Shown here in pieces: positions 44,877-54,472 of a stretch of DNA of 64,000 bases (position 1 is the stretch's first letter; the number at the start of each line of letters is the position of its first letter). Source of the stretch: Shigella phage JK42; sequence record MK962756; one strand, given 5' to 3'. Under the pieces are notes generated by a model, which had not been told where the DNA came from, made no database searches, and saw only the letters and a list, made by a program, of their open reading frames with translations. The position numbers and the translations under genes were made by a program.

Positions 44877-46690
44877 TGGTGTTTAACCCTATGCATGATT
44901 TCTTTATTTTTACCGAGATTAAATCCGCGTTCGTTCGGATTTCCCAAATAACCACATGTTCTTCTTATTGTGTTCATCTTTTTAGGATCAGTTTCTCCAC
45001 AAATAGAACAAACAAATCCGTTTTCAGTAGGAGTCATTTCATGGGTACTTCCACATGTAAAACATTTATCCACTGGCATATTAACACCAAAATAATCTAA
45101 ATGTTGTGCAGCATAATCCCAGACGGCCTCAAGTCCCTTTAAATTGTTTTTCATATCTGGAAGTTCAACATAAGAAATGTGACCACCTGTCGCTATGAAA
45201 TGATATGGCGCTTCACGAGAAATCTTTTCAAACGGAGTAATATTTTCTTCTACTGAAACATGGAAACTATTAGTGTACCAACCTTTATCAGTAACATCCT
45301 TTACACTTCCATATTTTTCTGTATCAAGTTTACAGAAGCGGTAACAAAGGTTTTCAGCAGGAGTAGAATACAAACTAAAAGCAAATCCAGTTCTTTCGGA
45401 CCACTGTTTAAGATGAGCATTCATTTTAGTTAAAATTTCTTGCCCAATATCACGACCGACAAGAATATTCAATTCGTGAATACCAATGTATCCTAAAGAC
45501 ACTGAACTTCTACCGTTTTTAAATAACTCAATTATGTCGTCATCAGGTTTAAGACGAACCCCGAATGCACCTTCTTGGTAAAGAATAGGAGCAACAGTCG
45601 CTTTAACTCCTTTTAAGGAACTAATTCTACACATCAAAGCTTCAAAACACAGATCCATTCGTTCATTGAACAATTCGATAAATTTCTGTTCATTGAACTG
45701 TGTTCCAATATAAGAATCTAGCGCAATACGAGGAAGATTTAATGTTACAACACCGAGATTATTACGTCCATCAAGAATTTCATTACCAGTCGAATCTTTC
45801 CATACGCTCAAGAAACTACGGCAACCCATCGGAGAAACAGGAACTGAAGAACCGGTAATAGCTTTATTATTCTTAACCGAAATAATGTCAGGATACATTC
45901 TTTTGCTTGCACATTCTAACGCAAGTTGTTTAATATCATAGTTTGGATCATCTTTATAAAGATTAACACCTTCTTCAACAAACATAACAAGTTTAGGAAA
46001 AATAGGAGTTATTCCATCACGACCAAGACCTTTAATGCGGTTTTTAAGAATTGCCTTCTGAATCATTCGTTCAGTCCAGTCAGTTCCCGTACCAAATGTA
46101 ATTGTTACAAAAGGCGTTTGTCCGTTTGAACTAAAGAGAGTATTTACTTCGTATTCATAAGCTTGGAATGCGTCATAGACATCTTTTTCTGTTTTAGATT
46201 GAGCATAATTCAACGCATCAGCGATTTGCCATTTTTCTGCATCTTCAACATGTTTAGCGTATGTGCGTTTAACATAAGGAGAAAGAACTTTATCTACATT
46301 CGCAAATGTAGTTCCGCCATACTGGTGTGAAGCAACTTGTGCGGTAATTTGTGCCATAATTGCAGTAGCAACACCAATCGATTTAGGCGTTTCAATTTGA
46401 GCATTGCCTAATTTAAATCCGTTCTCAAGCATTCCCTTTAAATCTACTAAACAGCAATTAGTAAAAGGCAATGATATACTGTAATCTAAATCGTGAAAAT
46501 GAATTAACCCGGCATTATGAGCATTTACAATATGGCTCGGAAGAATACTACAAGCGATATGTTTAGAAACAATACCGGCCATTAAATCTCTTTTTGTTGG
46601 AAAGACACGAGAATCTTTGTTGGCATTTTCGGTATTTAATTCTTTATCTTTATTTGAAATAAAATTTAAAACATCTTTCTCTAAAGACAT
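44873..46690 (-). CDS. nrdD: anaerobic ribonucleoside-triphosphate reductase
   Basis: 605 aa; C-terminal zinc ribbon CFTCGSTHEMTPTENGFVCSICG and glycyl-radical region RTCGYLG; uninterrupted (no intron). Confidence 0.9.
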   Translation of the reverse strand: MSLEKDVLNFISNKDKELNTENANKDSRVFPTKRDLMAGIVSKHIACSILPSHIVNAHNAGLIHFHDLDYSISLPFTNCCLVDLKGMLENGFKLGNAQIETPKSIGVATAIMAQITAQVASHQYGGTTFANVDKVLSPYVKRTYAKHVEDAEKWQIADALNYAQSKTEKDVYDAFQAYEYEVNTLFSSNGQTPFVTITFGTGTDWTERMIQKAILKNRIKGLGRDGITPIFPKLVMFVEEGVNLYKDDPNYDIKQLALECASKRMYPDIISVKNNKAITGSSVPVSPMGCRSFLSVWKDSTGNEILDGRNNLGVVTLNLPRIALDSYIGTQFNEQKFIELFNERMDLCFEALMCRISSLKGVKATVAPILYQEGAFGVRLKPDDDIIELFKNGRSSVSLGYIGIHELNILVGRDIGQEILTKMNAHLKQWSERTGFAFSLYSTPAENLCYRFCKLDTEKYGSVKDVTDKGWYTNSFHVSVEENITPFEKISREAPYHFIATGGHISYVELPDMKNNLKGLEAVWDYAAQHLDYFGVNMPVDKCFTCGSTHEMTPTENGFVCSICGETDPKKMNTIRRTCGYLGNPNERGFNLGKNKEIMHRVKHQ

Positions 46691-47502
46691 AATTCTAATT
46701 TATCCTTTTGAAATTCTTCGTCTAAATATGGGTTCCAACCCATTTTAAACCTTTTGATGAAATTATCAATTCTAAATTTCGGTAAGTTTAAATCCGCAAA
46801 AATAGATGATTTACTTTTAAAATCTGGACCTAAATAATCATATAAAATTTCTGCGTATTTTAACCATAATATATAAGTACCAGATTTAATTGCTCTCGGA
46901 GTTTTCCAAGGTTTTACGCCGTACATCGGATTTCCACTTCCTTTATGCCTGATAGAAGATGAAATTCCAATTTTAATTTTAGCTTCCTTTGTGTGCGAAA
47001 ATCCATGATGTGGATTTTCTTTCCAGTATTTTTTAGAAGCTTCTGATATTTTCTTTCTGGCTAAATTAGTATGATGCTTTCCATAAAATCCATGATTTTT
47101 ACCTTTATTACGATTTCTTTTAATCATGGTTATTGATTGCTTTTCTCTAGTTTCTTTAGAAGGAGAAACACCGTACGTTGTAAATTGACCATTAGCATAT
47201 GCTAAATTAAAATACTCTTTATTCCATATATCTTTTTCTATATTCTTTTGAAATTCAGCTTCAATGCTAGTTATTTGTTCATCTCCGACTAATTGAAAAT
47301 ATAATATTTCAACTTTCGGTGTTTCTTTCAACAGAGCTTTTTGAAATTCGGAAGATGACGAAGACGAATAATAAAATTTACCATTTTTATCAATAATATT
47401 CGTTCCGTCAAAAGTGCAATTGGTTTTACTTCCAATATAATAATATGGCGGGGTTTTAGCATTAATTCTACTAATAAATGATAGTTTATATACTACATTC
47501 AT
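46681..47502 (-). mobile_element. free-standing GIY-YIG homing endonuclease (Seg-like)
   Basis: 273 aa; N-terminal VYKL...YYIGSKT GIY-YIG-type motif, basic C-terminal region; wedged between 49 and nrdD, overlapping both. Confidence 0.55.
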
Positions 47503-47972
47503 TTTAAACTCTTTCTAAGCTGCTTTTTGAATGAAGCTATTAATTGTGTTTTAGTATCAGATTCATTATATTCAAATCCTCTTTGAAGCATCTCAGCCAT
47601 CATTTCCTCTTTACCTAGTCTTGAGAACTCTTTAGTTTTGTCTGGAACAAAATTAGGATGGATATTATTATCAGAATAATCTTGTTTCAAATAAGCAAGA
47701 AGAGATTCAAGCCATTCGAGGTAGTCGACATCACGACCTTTAAGACCAGAACGGTTGAACTTATGCTTCATTTGGCCTTCTGCTGCGTTGCACAGATTAC
47801 AGAGTAACCCACGAACTCTACCTGCTTTTGGCCCGTTTAATTCGTGGTCGTGGTCAAGATGGTTACCTTGAACATCAGGGTCTAATTCACGGTGGCAAAT
47901 AGGACACTTACCATTCTGTGCATCATAAAATTTTTGTTTTTCTTCTTTATATTTTGCGCCTGATAATAACAT
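47499..47972 (-). CDS. 49: endonuclease VII (Holliday junction resolvase)
   Basis: 157 aa; MLLSGAKYKEEKQKFYDAQNGKCPIC...HLDHDHELNGPKAGRVRGLLCNLCNAAEG... matches remembered T4 gp49. Confidence 0.92.
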   Translation of the reverse strand: MLLSGAKYKEEKQKFYDAQNGKCPICHRELDPDVQGNHLDHDHELNGPKAGRVRGLLCNLCNAAEGQMKHKFNRSGLKGRDVDYLEWLESLLAYLKQDYSDNNIHPNFVPDKTKEFSRLGKEEMMAEMLQRGFEYNESDTKTQLIASFKKQLRKSLK

Positions 47973-48007
47973 GATAAACCCTTACCTTAAATAGATAAGG
48001 GTATTTA

Positions 48008-48433
48008 TTAACTTAAACGTCTTTCTAAATATTCAATGTATTCTGCGGCTGCTTGCATCAGGTTACCTTCATAGCCGTCGTTATTTTCTTGTCCGGCTAA
48101 TTTAGCTAATGCATAAGAAATTCGTTCACCTTCGAATTCACCAAGTTTACTACCTAGCACATCCGAAATATCAGCCGAATCAATTTCTTCAAGTTCATCT
48201 ATTGAATGTGATTCCCAGAAGCACCAAAGAGAAGTATCACGGTCATAGATGCAAAGTTTCTCACCAGTGTTCAACATCACTTCAATAATGCCATGGTCGC
48301 CATAACCATCTTCGGTCGTAGTACCAATTACCTTGATGATTGTATCTTTCTTTAATTCAGGAAACTTATCTTGGAGTTCTTCGTCATCTTTAACAATCTT
48401 GAACCACTTACCACGTGTGTCAGAAATATTCAT
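48008..48433 (-). CDS. hypothetical acidic protein
   Basis: 141-aa ORF. Confidence 0.5.
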   Translation of the reverse strand: MNISDTRGKWFKIVKDDEELQDKFPELKKDTIIKVIGTTTEDGYGDHGIIEVMLNTGEKLCIYDRDTSLWCFWESHSIDELEEIDSADISDVLGSKLGEFEGERISYALAKLAGQENNDGYEGNLMQAAAEYIEYLERRLS

Positions 48434-48434
48434 A

Positions 48435-48632
48435 TCAATATCCTCTATAAAAGTTGCGATGCGTGCGTTTCGCTTTGCGAAGCTGACGTTTAGTTGGTCG
48501 AACCGTAAATGGTCGTCCGGAGAAAAAATTTGGTTCAGTTTTAATCAACACATACCAATCGTGTTCGCCACTTTTTAATAAACGGTATAACAATTTAACT
48601 TGCATAATAATCTCTTCCCATTTCCAAATCAA
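48435..48632 (-). CDS. hypothetical small basic protein
   Basis: 65-aa ORF. Confidence 0.35.
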   Translation of the reverse strand: MIWKWEEIIMQVKLLYRLLKSGEHDWYVLIKTEPNFFSGRPFTVRPTKRQLRKAKRTHRNFYRGY

Positions 48633-48733
48633 TCATATCGTTTACTGTAGGTTCATCATAACACGTTTCTTCGTCGTTGTAAACTGTTTCGACGTCTGGC
48701 TCGACTGTCTCCCATCGAGCCGAATACCATGGC

Positions 48734-49090
48734 TTAACCCCGGAGTTTATTGAGCTCTTCATAATCAATCCAGGATTCTAGCCCTGACGGCAGGTCACAT
48801 TCAATGTTCCACAGAAGCTCTTCAATGGCTTGCAGGCGATTATATTCTTCAACGGTAATGGTAACCATTGGTGCAACCGGTTCTGCCTTTTTAACCATCA
48901 TGTCGTTCATCAGGACGTAAAGGTCATCACGAACGACAGTGTCGTTCCATCCCCATGATTTGGCTTCGTAAGCTAATGATGAAGGGAGCACATTTAAAAC
49001 TTCAATAATAGTTGGAGCATCAGGACCAAGTTCATTGGCACAAACTTCGTATACATCTTGGAAATCTTTAAGATTTAATGAATATGTCAT
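48734..49090 (-). CDS. hypothetical protein
   Basis: 118-aa ORF. Confidence 0.45.
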   Translation of the reverse strand: MTYSLNLKDFQDVYEVCANELGPDAPTIIEVLNVLPSSLAYEAKSWGWNDTVVRDDLYVLMNDMMVKKAEPVAPMVTITVEEYNRLQAIEELLWNIECDLPSGLESWIDYEELNKLRG

Positions 49091-49108
49091 TTAAAATTTT
49101 CTCGCAGG

Positions 49109-49405
49109 TTATTGTTCTACCCATGAACAAGAGACTTCAAAATCAGGACCACCGTATTCCCAGTGATATTCACCAACAGGAATCCAGTCACCGTGCTCGT
49201 TTTCTTCATAGTCCTCAGGCTCAAGGCCAACGAATCGCCATTGGACACCGATGATTCGATTACCCATCATTACTCGAAATTCGCCCCATGGATTATCTAT
49301 AGCATACTGAATATCGTTCTTGGCACGAGAGCACATTTCTTGATATAATAAAGCTTCTAATTCACCCTGGTCATAAGGGCCAGGGAAAGTTAAATCAATA
49401 CTCAT
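49109..49405 (-). CDS. hypothetical protein
   Basis: 98-aa ORF. Confidence 0.45.
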   Translation of the reverse strand: MSIDLTFPGPYDQGELEALLYQEMCSRAKNDIQYAIDNPWGEFRVMMGNRIIGVQWRFVGLEPEDYEENEHGDWIPVGEYHWEYGGPDFEVSCSWVEQ

Positions 49406-49665
49406 TTAAAATATTCTCGTAGTTGGTCAAATCCACCAATGTGACTTCCGTCAGGAGCAAACACCTGAGGCATAGTCAATCCAACTTGTGATTCACGTCC
49501 AAGCTTAACCAGAAGCTCAGTAATTTTCTCATCATCGAACACACCTTTTTCCGGCATAACATTAATGAATTCGAATGGTTGTTTCTTAACAGTCAGCAAT
49601 CGTTTCGCATTATCACAATAAATGCATTTATGAATAGTAGAGTCATACCCGTACACTTTAAACAT
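49402..49665 (-). CDS. nrdC: thioredoxin/glutaredoxin
   Basis: MFKVYGYDSTIHKCIYCDNAKRLLTVKKQPFEFINVMPEKGVFDDEKI... matches remembered T4 NrdC; start at the second ATG. Confidence 0.85.
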   Translation of the reverse strand: MFKVYGYDSTIHKCIYCDNAKRLLTVKKQPFEFINVMPEKGVFDDEKITELLVKLGRESQVGLTMPQVFAPDGSHIGGFDQLREYFK

Positions 49666-50071
49666 TATTTTTCCTTTCATCGATTAAATATGCAATGCCA
49701 AATACAATACATGTAATAAAACCTGTGATACAGATAGAAACCAACAATACTGTACCAAAGAACCAAATCAAGTTATCTTTGGTAGTTTGTTTGATATCCA
49801 TCTCACGAATTTCTATAGCTATCGTATCACCTTTATTCAGAAGAGTATAAAACGACGGTGATACACGCCTGTCAAAAACTCGTCCTTGCTCATCTTTATA
49901 GACTGCAATAAATTCTAATTTAGAATATTTTCCTGTAGATTGACCTGAGATTAATTCCACTACCTCCACAGGAATTACTTTAGTTTCCATGTAAGTATTC
50001 TGGCTGTTCCAAATGAATGGAATAATAGCAAAAACTAAAGCTGTGATAAAACAACGAAGGCTATATCTCAT
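49658..50071 (-). CDS. membrane protein (two TM segments)
   Basis: 137 aa; N- and C-terminal hydrophobic helices. Confidence 0.45.
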   Translation of the reverse strand: MRYSLRCFITALVFAIIPFIWNSQNTYMETKVIPVEVVELISGQSTGKYSKLEFIAVYKDEQGRVFDRRVSPSFYTLLNKGDTIAIEIREMDIKQTTKDNLIWFFGTVLLVSICITGFITCIVFGIAYLIDERKNNV

Positions 50072-50376
50072 TATAATGTTCTCTCAAATTTGTGGAAGCA
50101 TTTACGGCATTTCAATTTCAAGTTATCACTGGTCCAGTTAACCAGTTGGACTTGGATAGTTCCACATTCCGGGCATGGATGTTTTGCTGCCGATTTGGCA
50201 GCATTTTCACGTCGTTCAACCATTTTCATTATTTCGTTCCATGCTGGAGGAACAAACTCTTCTTCACCGTGGATTTTATCTCGCTGAACAAATTCAATCT
50301 TTGAACTATCATCAATAAACTTAACCAAGCCATGATTAGTGCTCATATCAATATCCTCTAAAAGACGTAGTTTCAT
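50071..50376 (-). CDS. zinc-ribbon protein
   Basis: 101 aa; C-terminal CPECG...CRKC. Confidence 0.45.
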   Translation of the reverse strand: MKLRLLEDIDMSTNHGLVKFIDDSSKIEFVQRDKIHGEEEFVPPAWNEIMKMVERRENAAKSAAKHPCPECGTIQVQLVNWTSDNLKLKCRKCFHKFERTL

Positions 50377-51326
50377 TATAACACCTCAATGGCATTTCGT
50401 AAACCATCCGCTTTCGCATTCAGAGCTTTTAACGATTTAGTTTGTTCTGCAATCTGGGCTTCGACTTCTTTCAGACGAGATTTGAGATATTCGCGTTCTT
50501 CTCTTAAGTTATCAACTTTTTCTGCTTTAGGCTCTTTAATAGGCTTAGGCTTATACTCGTTAGGGTTCTTCAACTTAATTTGAATGCGAGAACTGTATAA
50601 CATTGAACCATTATCTTCGGTTTCATCATACATTTCTACCACGTCCATGATTCTTAACATCATGCGAAGTTTATAAGACAGCGAACGAATGGTTTTATTG
50701 TGCTTCTTAATTTCTTCAGCTTTCATGGTGCCGAGATTACGTGAGTAATAATAAGGAACCTGAATATCAATTGATAATGATGCGGTACCATTACCGGTTG
50801 GTTTGAACACTGCAGTAACCCAATCTTTAGCATGAACTGTATTTGTACGATCATCGCCGCCTGTGAATAATTTACGAGAATGTTTAAAAAGCATATTCAC
50901 TTGGTTATTGAATTCACAAGCAAATTTATCAGCAAATTTAGTTTCAGGAATGGTAGTTAACCAATCAGCCAAATGAGTCTTTTTAACATCATTAACAATA
51001 GTGAATTCAACCAAATCGGTTTTAGATGTCACAGATTTAATAAAGCTCGGCTTCATAAAGTTTTTAATGTTATCGCGAGCTACAGTAGAAGATAATAAAC
51101 GAGAACGTTTGAACCATTGAAGCAGTGTCCCTAATGAATGAGAATATGCATTTTGAGTATCTTTACAGATATGATTTTCTTGGCCTATGTATGTACCAAA
51201 ATCTCGAAGAATACCACTTACTACATCTCGGTGTGGAACATCAAATCCTAGTACACCAGAAGCACGTTGGGCATGAACGTTAGCGATAAGGCCTGCAAAG
51301 TATTCAATGTAATGTGAACGTGTCAT
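50376..51326 (-). CDS. hypothetical protein with C-terminal coiled coil
   Basis: 316 aa; C-terminus ...REEREYLKSRLKEVEAQIAEQTKSLKALNAKADGLRNAIEVL; driven by repeated promoter copy 2. Confidence 0.5.
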   Translation of the reverse strand: MTRSHYIEYFAGLIANVHAQRASGVLGFDVPHRDVVSGILRDFGTYIGQENHICKDTQNAYSHSLGTLLQWFKRSRLLSSTVARDNIKNFMKPSFIKSVTSKTDLVEFTIVNDVKKTHLADWLTTIPETKFADKFACEFNNQVNMLFKHSRKLFTGGDDRTNTVHAKDWVTAVFKPTGNGTASLSIDIQVPYYYSRNLGTMKAEEIKKHNKTIRSLSYKLRMMLRIMDVVEMYDETEDNGSMLYSSRIQIKLKNPNEYKPKPIKEPKAEKVDNLREEREYLKSRLKEVEAQIAEQTKSLKALNAKADGLRNAIEVL

Positions 51327-51355
51327 AATATTTTCCTCTCGTTAAGATAAATTCA

Positions 51356-51384
51356 TTATACTCCAACCATCCTTGGTTGTAAAC
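51356..51384 (-). promoter_or_regulatory. early promoter TTTACA-N17-TATAAT, copy 2 of the repeated element
   Basis: Plus strand attatactccaaccatccttggttgtaaa; spacer contains the inverted repeat CAACCA-TCCT-TGGTTG. Confidence 0.5.
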
Positions 51385-51388
51385 TGAT

Positions 51389-52348
51389 TTATGATTTTAA
51401 CGCATTCATTGCGTTAAAAAGTTTAGAATACTGCAACTGGAGATTCGTTACAACACTTTGAGCATCACGAAGCTTAGCTTGTGCTTTGTCAAGTTCAACA
51501 GACAGTTGGTCCATAGTGGCCTTGATTTGATTGTAATGGTAATCTTCGACCGGAAGAAGGTCATTAGAAACATTTAGTTTTACTGCAGACAGTTTGCACA
51601 CATTTGGCAAACCTTTAAACATTGATTTACCCGAAGTAGAATAAGCACTTAGGACTTCGGCCTGTTCAATTGGGGTCCCAGTAAGCGATGCTTCAAACAA
51701 TGCATTTTCCTTTTTAAGATTTTGATAGTATTCAGAGTCTTTGTGCCACCACGGCGCAGGAACCTTTTTACCAATAGATACACGAGCCTGGATAGCGATA
51801 TTGCCCTTATTCTTGATAGGGTCGATAATATTAAGCTCACGAGAATAAATTGCTTTAATCTGGTGAATATTATCACCTAAAACTTCCAACGCTTGGTGGA
51901 ATACACGAGCAACGTTATCATTCTTAGGTTTATACGTGAGAGTGAACTCGTTCTCACTGATAACCATGATTTCCAACTTATCGTAAGTATATTTCAAATG
52001 TTTCATGTTAATTGCTTGAGGACGAATACGAGAAGCAATGGCCATCAGATTGTTAAGGTTATTCCGGAACTGCTTAGCGAAATATTGTCCTTCACCGCCA
52101 ATACAAAAATTACGAAGTTTCTGTTTGGCCAATAAACGGCTGAACTCGCCATTTTTAATGAACTCTTTAACGGGTGTGTTAGTAACGCATTCAAATTGAG
52201 TAAACTTACGAGAAGTAATCCCATAATATGAACAGATTTCCTCAATCTCTTCAGGAGTCTTTACAGGCATACGGATAGGATTAGGTCCTGGAGTATATGC
52301 GTTCGAGGTAAATTCTTTGATAAGTTCTCTACGTGTAATAAAAGCCAT
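51389..52348 (-). CDS. hypothetical protein with C-terminal coiled coil
   Basis: 319 aa; C-terminus ...LSVELDKAQAKLRDAQSVVTNLQLQYSKLFNAMNALKS; driven by repeated promoter copy 3. Confidence 0.5.
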   Translation of the reverse strand: MAFITRRELIKEFTSNAYTPGPNPIRMPVKTPEEIEEICSYYGITSRKFTQFECVTNTPVKEFIKNGEFSRLLAKQKLRNFCIGGEGQYFAKQFRNNLNNLMAIASRIRPQAINMKHLKYTYDKLEIMVISENEFTLTYKPKNDNVARVFHQALEVLGDNIHQIKAIYSRELNIIDPIKNKGNIAIQARVSIGKKVPAPWWHKDSEYYQNLKKENALFEASLTGTPIEQAEVLSAYSTSGKSMFKGLPNVCKLSAVKLNVSNDLLPVEDYHYNQIKATMDQLSVELDKAQAKLRDAQSVVTNLQLQYSKLFNAMNALKS

Positions 52349-52374
52349 TTTATATTCCTCATGTTGAAAAATTT

Positions 52375-52403
52375 ATTATACTCCAACCATCCTTGGTTGT
52401 ACA
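52375..52403 (-). promoter_or_regulatory. early promoter TGTACA-N17-TATAAT, copy 3 of the repeated element
   Basis: Plus strand attatactccaaccatccttggttgtaca; identical spacer palindrome. Confidence 0.45.
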
Positions 52404-53399
52404 TCATTCCTTAAGAAGTTTTACTACCTGAATAAGATTAGCTCGTTCTGTTTTATTTTTACCATTTAAGCCTGCTAATCGTGAGATTTCATCGTCAGTC
52501 TGTTGAATAGTTACATTAAGTTCGTTAATCAAAGCTTCAAAGTATTTGATTTGCTCAGCATGTTTTGATTCAAATTTCTGAACCGGAATAACGTCTTGGT
52601 TCAGTTCATCAATAAGGTCTTTAAGAGCATCTTCTTGGTTGATATCATATTCAACTTCTTTTATTTCTTCAACGAGCTCGTCTTTATATCTAACGTCTTT
52701 TAGTCCTGGAGCTGGTCCTGAAATCTCTTCTTTAAGAGTACAAACATACCCAATACGGTATCCAACGCCGTCTCGCTTGATATCAACTTCGTCGATAAAT
52801 CCACAATGTTTAAGTCCAGAGCCGATTATGTCAAAATATCCTTGACGTCGTCCTTCAAACGTTACACGAACTACTAAGACGGTTTTGCCACCGACCTTTT
52901 GAAGCTCACATTTATAAAAGTTTGTTGAACCTGAATAACATGGATGAGTTTTAAAGTTCATCTGACGATCTAGGCCCATTTGTAAACGTGCTGTTACGGC
53001 CATAAAACGTGTTTGGTTCTCGTTAAGATGAGCAACAATCCATTTCAAAGGCATTTTACCCTGTTCACGGCCGAACAAATCAGTACGTCCTAGATTACGC
53101 AGGATGTTGTTAGAGTTAATCATCGACAGAACGTTAAGTTTATTCAGCGCGCTGAAGATTCCATCAGCCATTGATTTTCCATAACCTTTACACGCTTTAA
53201 TAAGTGCTCGCGGCAGATTAGTATAGATTTCAGACGGCATATGAAAATCAAATTTACTAGTCAGTAATTGATGAACTTGGATAGCAATTTGCTCATAATT
53301 AAGTGCTCTGCGATCGTTATGGTCTTTAAACCATACTTTAATCTGTGAAGCACATAAACCGTTAATTTCATGTTTTACCGCATCAGATGTAATGCTCAT
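52404..53399 (-). CDS. hypothetical protein with C-terminal coiled coil
   Basis: 331 aa; C-terminal heptad-like region. Confidence 0.5.
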   Translation of the reverse strand: MSITSDAVKHEINGLCASQIKVWFKDHNDRRALNYEQIAIQVHQLLTSKFDFHMPSEIYTNLPRALIKACKGYGKSMADGIFSALNKLNVLSMINSNNILRNLGRTDLFGREQGKMPLKWIVAHLNENQTRFMAVTARLQMGLDRQMNFKTHPCYSGSTNFYKCELQKVGGKTVLVVRVTFEGRRQGYFDIIGSGLKHCGFIDEVDIKRDGVGYRIGYVCTLKEEISGPAPGLKDVRYKDELVEEIKEVEYDINQEDALKDLIDELNQDVIPVQKFESKHAEQIKYFEALINELNVTIQQTDDEISRLAGLNGKNKTERANLIQVVKLLKE

Positions 53400-53461
53400 A
53401 ACTATTTCCTCAGATTGAATTGGAACTCAAAACCATTATAACCCGTCCTTGGGTAAAGCGT

Positions 53462-53989
53462 TTATGCGTGAACCGTCTTTAAACGTTCTTCAAATTTCCG
53501 AAGAGTACTAATACGTTCTGCTTTCTGTTTTGTATAGTTTGCAATACGTTCTGAAGTGAGAGCGTATCGTTCGTTTACTGTTTCTTTCATGAAGTCAGGG
53601 ATTTCACGAGAAGCTTTAATTTCATCAAACTTATCGAGTACTGCCTGGTCTTCAGCAATTAAATTTTCGTACATCTCGATATCTTTCTTGATGAAGTCGA
53701 TATCTTCCTGGGTTACTTTGGATAAACGAGATGCTTTATCCTTTTTGTACTGCTCGTTAGTTTCACGAGACCAGAATAATGTACGTTTTTTGTTAGTGTT
53801 TTTGTAGACTTCCACAATTCCAACTGAATCGATGATAACAATCCAATTCCAGCGAGATTTGAAAATCTGACCTCCGTCCACGGTAATCTCGTTACCATAA
53901 GCAATGTCATTAAAGAACTTACTTTGTGCTTCAGATTTAAATTTACCGTCGTTATAATTTACCAGGTTGAAAATATCTTTAGCGTTCAT
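53462..53989 (-). CDS. hypothetical protein
   Basis: 175-aa ORF; early promoter upstream at ~54011-54045. Confidence 0.5.
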   Translation of the reverse strand: MNAKDIFNLVNYNDGKFKSEAQSKFFNDIAYGNEITVDGGQIFKSRWNWIVIIDSVGIVEVYKNTNKKRTLFWSRETNEQYKKDKASRLSKVTQEDIDFIKKDIEMYENLIAEDQAVLDKFDEIKASREIPDFMKETVNERYALTSERIANYTKQKAERISTLRKFEERLKTVHA

Positions 53990-54047
53990 GTTTTACCTCC
54001 AGTAGTTGATAGGTCTATAATAACATAACCATAGACCTTGTAAACAA

Positions 54048-54335
54048 CTAAAAGAAACTTTTTTCGGTATTTTTTCCACTGAACCAAACAGACTTCGGGA
54101 TTTTTTGTAATTTTTCAGATTTAAGTTTCTCTTCCTGTTCTTTCTTATATACACCCTTGTCGTACTGGAGCATCTCTATGGCATTCTTTTGCAAACGATC
54201 TAAGGTAATTAAGGCTTTAGTTTTTCCTTTCAAGGAAGAATCCTGGCGAACCTCCTCGCTATATTGCATTGTAGAACTAACCATACGATGAGCATAGAGT
54301 TCGACTGCGGCTTTAATTTTTTGCATAAAATCCAT
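54048..54335 (-). CDS. hypothetical small protein
   Basis: 95-aa ORF. Confidence 0.4.
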   Translation of the reverse strand: MDFMQKIKAAVELYAHRMVSSTMQYSEEVRQDSSLKGKTKALITLDRLQKNAIEMLQYDKGVYKKEQEEKLKSEKLQKIPKSVWFSGKNTEKSFF

Positions 54336-54472
54336 AACATATCCTCTTTGATTTGTACATCATTATTTTAAATATTTCTATGCCCTCAGTAGGTTCCTGG
54401 TGTCCTTCTTTGAGGTAAGCCATATGATTATTCATCTTTATGGCTTTTGTTACCTCAGAACTTCCTATAAGC

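Noticed and set aside
44873-46690. Search for a group I intron in nrdD
   Set aside because: nrdD reads through as a single 605-aa ORF with no in-frame interruption; the nearby endonuclease gene is free-standing, not intron-encoded.
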